From the NCBI GenBank assembly GCA_038087875.1, contig CM075994.1, positions 1 through 64,000 on the forward strand: a stretch of DNA of 64,000 nt, in the 5' to 3' direction. Positions 63,127-64,000 of the stretch are shown in pieces. This DNA is from Malacoraja senta. Lineage: Eukaryota. The notes below the pieces were generated by a model that saw nothing but the letters and a program-made list of their open reading frames with translations, was not told where the DNA came from and did no database searches. The position numbers and the translations under genes were made by a program. The stretch's first letter is position 1. Each line of letters starts with the position of its first letter.

Positions 63127-63400
63127 ATAGACATAAAATGCTGGCGTAACTCAGCGGGACAGGCAGCATCTCTAGATAGAAGGAAAGGTGATGTTTGGGT
63201 CGAGACCCTTCTTCAGTCTAAAGAAGGATCTCGACCCAAAATGTCACCCATTCCTTCTATCCAGTAATGCCTCTTCAGACCAAAGGGTCTCGACCCGAAA
63301 TGTTGCCTTCCTTCTATCCTTAGATGCTGCCTGCCCCGCTGAGTTACTGCAGCATTTTGTGTCCATCATCGGTGTGAACCAGCATCTGCAGTTCCTTCCT
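63127..63400. repeat. Penelope-derived fold-back element with three hammerhead-like motifs
   Basis: Inverted arms gacataaaatgctgg.. / ..gcagcattttgtgtc with repeated GGGTCTCGACCC.AAA hairpins. Confidence 0.75.
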
Positions 63401-63404
63401 ACAC

Positions 63405-63732
63405 AAGGGTTACTTGAAGTTAGAGAAGTCAATGTTCATACCGCTGGGGTGTAAGCTGCCCAAGCGAAATATGAGATGCTGTACCTCCAATTAGCGCTGG
63501 GCCTCACTCTGACAGTGGAGGAGGCCCAGGACAGAAAGGTCAATGTGAGAATGGGAAGGGGGAGTTAAAGTGTTTCGCAACTGAGAGATCAGGTAGATTT
63601 GAGCGAAGGTGTTCAGCAAAACGATCGCCGAGCCTGCGCTTGGTCTCACCGATATACAGAATTCCACACCTGGAACGGCGAATACAGTAGATGAGATTGG
63701 AGGAGGTGCAAGTGAACCTCTGCCTCACCTGT
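63405..63732 (-). mobile_element. Penelope GIY-YIG fragment
   Basis: QRFTCTSSNLIYCIR..YIGETKRRLGDRFAEH. Confidence 0.9.
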
Positions 63733-63829
63733 AAGGCAGGGAGTTCTGAGTGTGTATGCATGAAATTGCAAAGCCATTGCTGGTGTTTTGCCAAGGGGTT
63801 GCAAGTTCTTTTCTGTTCCTGGGCCTCTT

Positions 63830-64000
63830 AACATAGAAAATGGTGGCTGTTCGAGCCAGCACCACCATTCAATATGACCATGGCTGATCATCCAAAATCA
63901 ATTCTCCCCATATCCTGCTTTCTCCCCATATCCCTTGATTCCGTTAGCCCTAAGAGCTAAATCTAACTCTTGAATACACCCAGTGAATTGGTCTCCACTG
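63830..64000 (-). mobile_element. CR1 3' end (continues beyond the window)
   Basis: Reverse complement of the CR1 3'UTR and tail. Confidence 0.85.

Overview
This is eukaryotic, repeat-dominated genomic DNA. HE1-like V-SINEs paired with CR1 LINEs point to a cartilaginous fish, probably a skate or ray (inference). I found no rRNA, true tRNA gene or CRISPR array, and nearly all ORF-track entries are TE fragments or noise. Exons of two convergent immune-receptor-like genes sit between the repeats. Gene A (+ strand) contributes its last two coding exons (1312-1391, 5994-6128), with an ITIM-consensus tail (IIYCLL) and a second Tyr motif. Gene B (- strand) is a CD2/SLAM-like Ig-superfamily gene: signal exon 33439-33499, Cys-less V exon 24311-24610, C2-type exon 19861-20130 and stalk/TM exon 17492-17585. 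As sequenced, gene B has Tyr in place of the C2 B-strand Cys and a 1-nt frameshift just before the hydrophobic segment, predicting a ~235-aa soluble product, a pseudogene or an assembly error. TE content includes CR1, Rex1/Babar, L2, L1, Penelope, Tc1, several hATs, Harbinger-type and ISL2EU-like elements, often deeply nested. Notable oddities are numerous Penelope-derived fold-back repeats with minimal hammerhead ribozyme cores, a Harbinger-type element with inverted TTAGGG arms enclosing host-like DNA, a TSD-flanked local copy of gene B's V-exon splice acceptor, and a promoter-like cassette inside a hAT. All calls were read by eye, and TE boundaries without a stated TSD are approximate.
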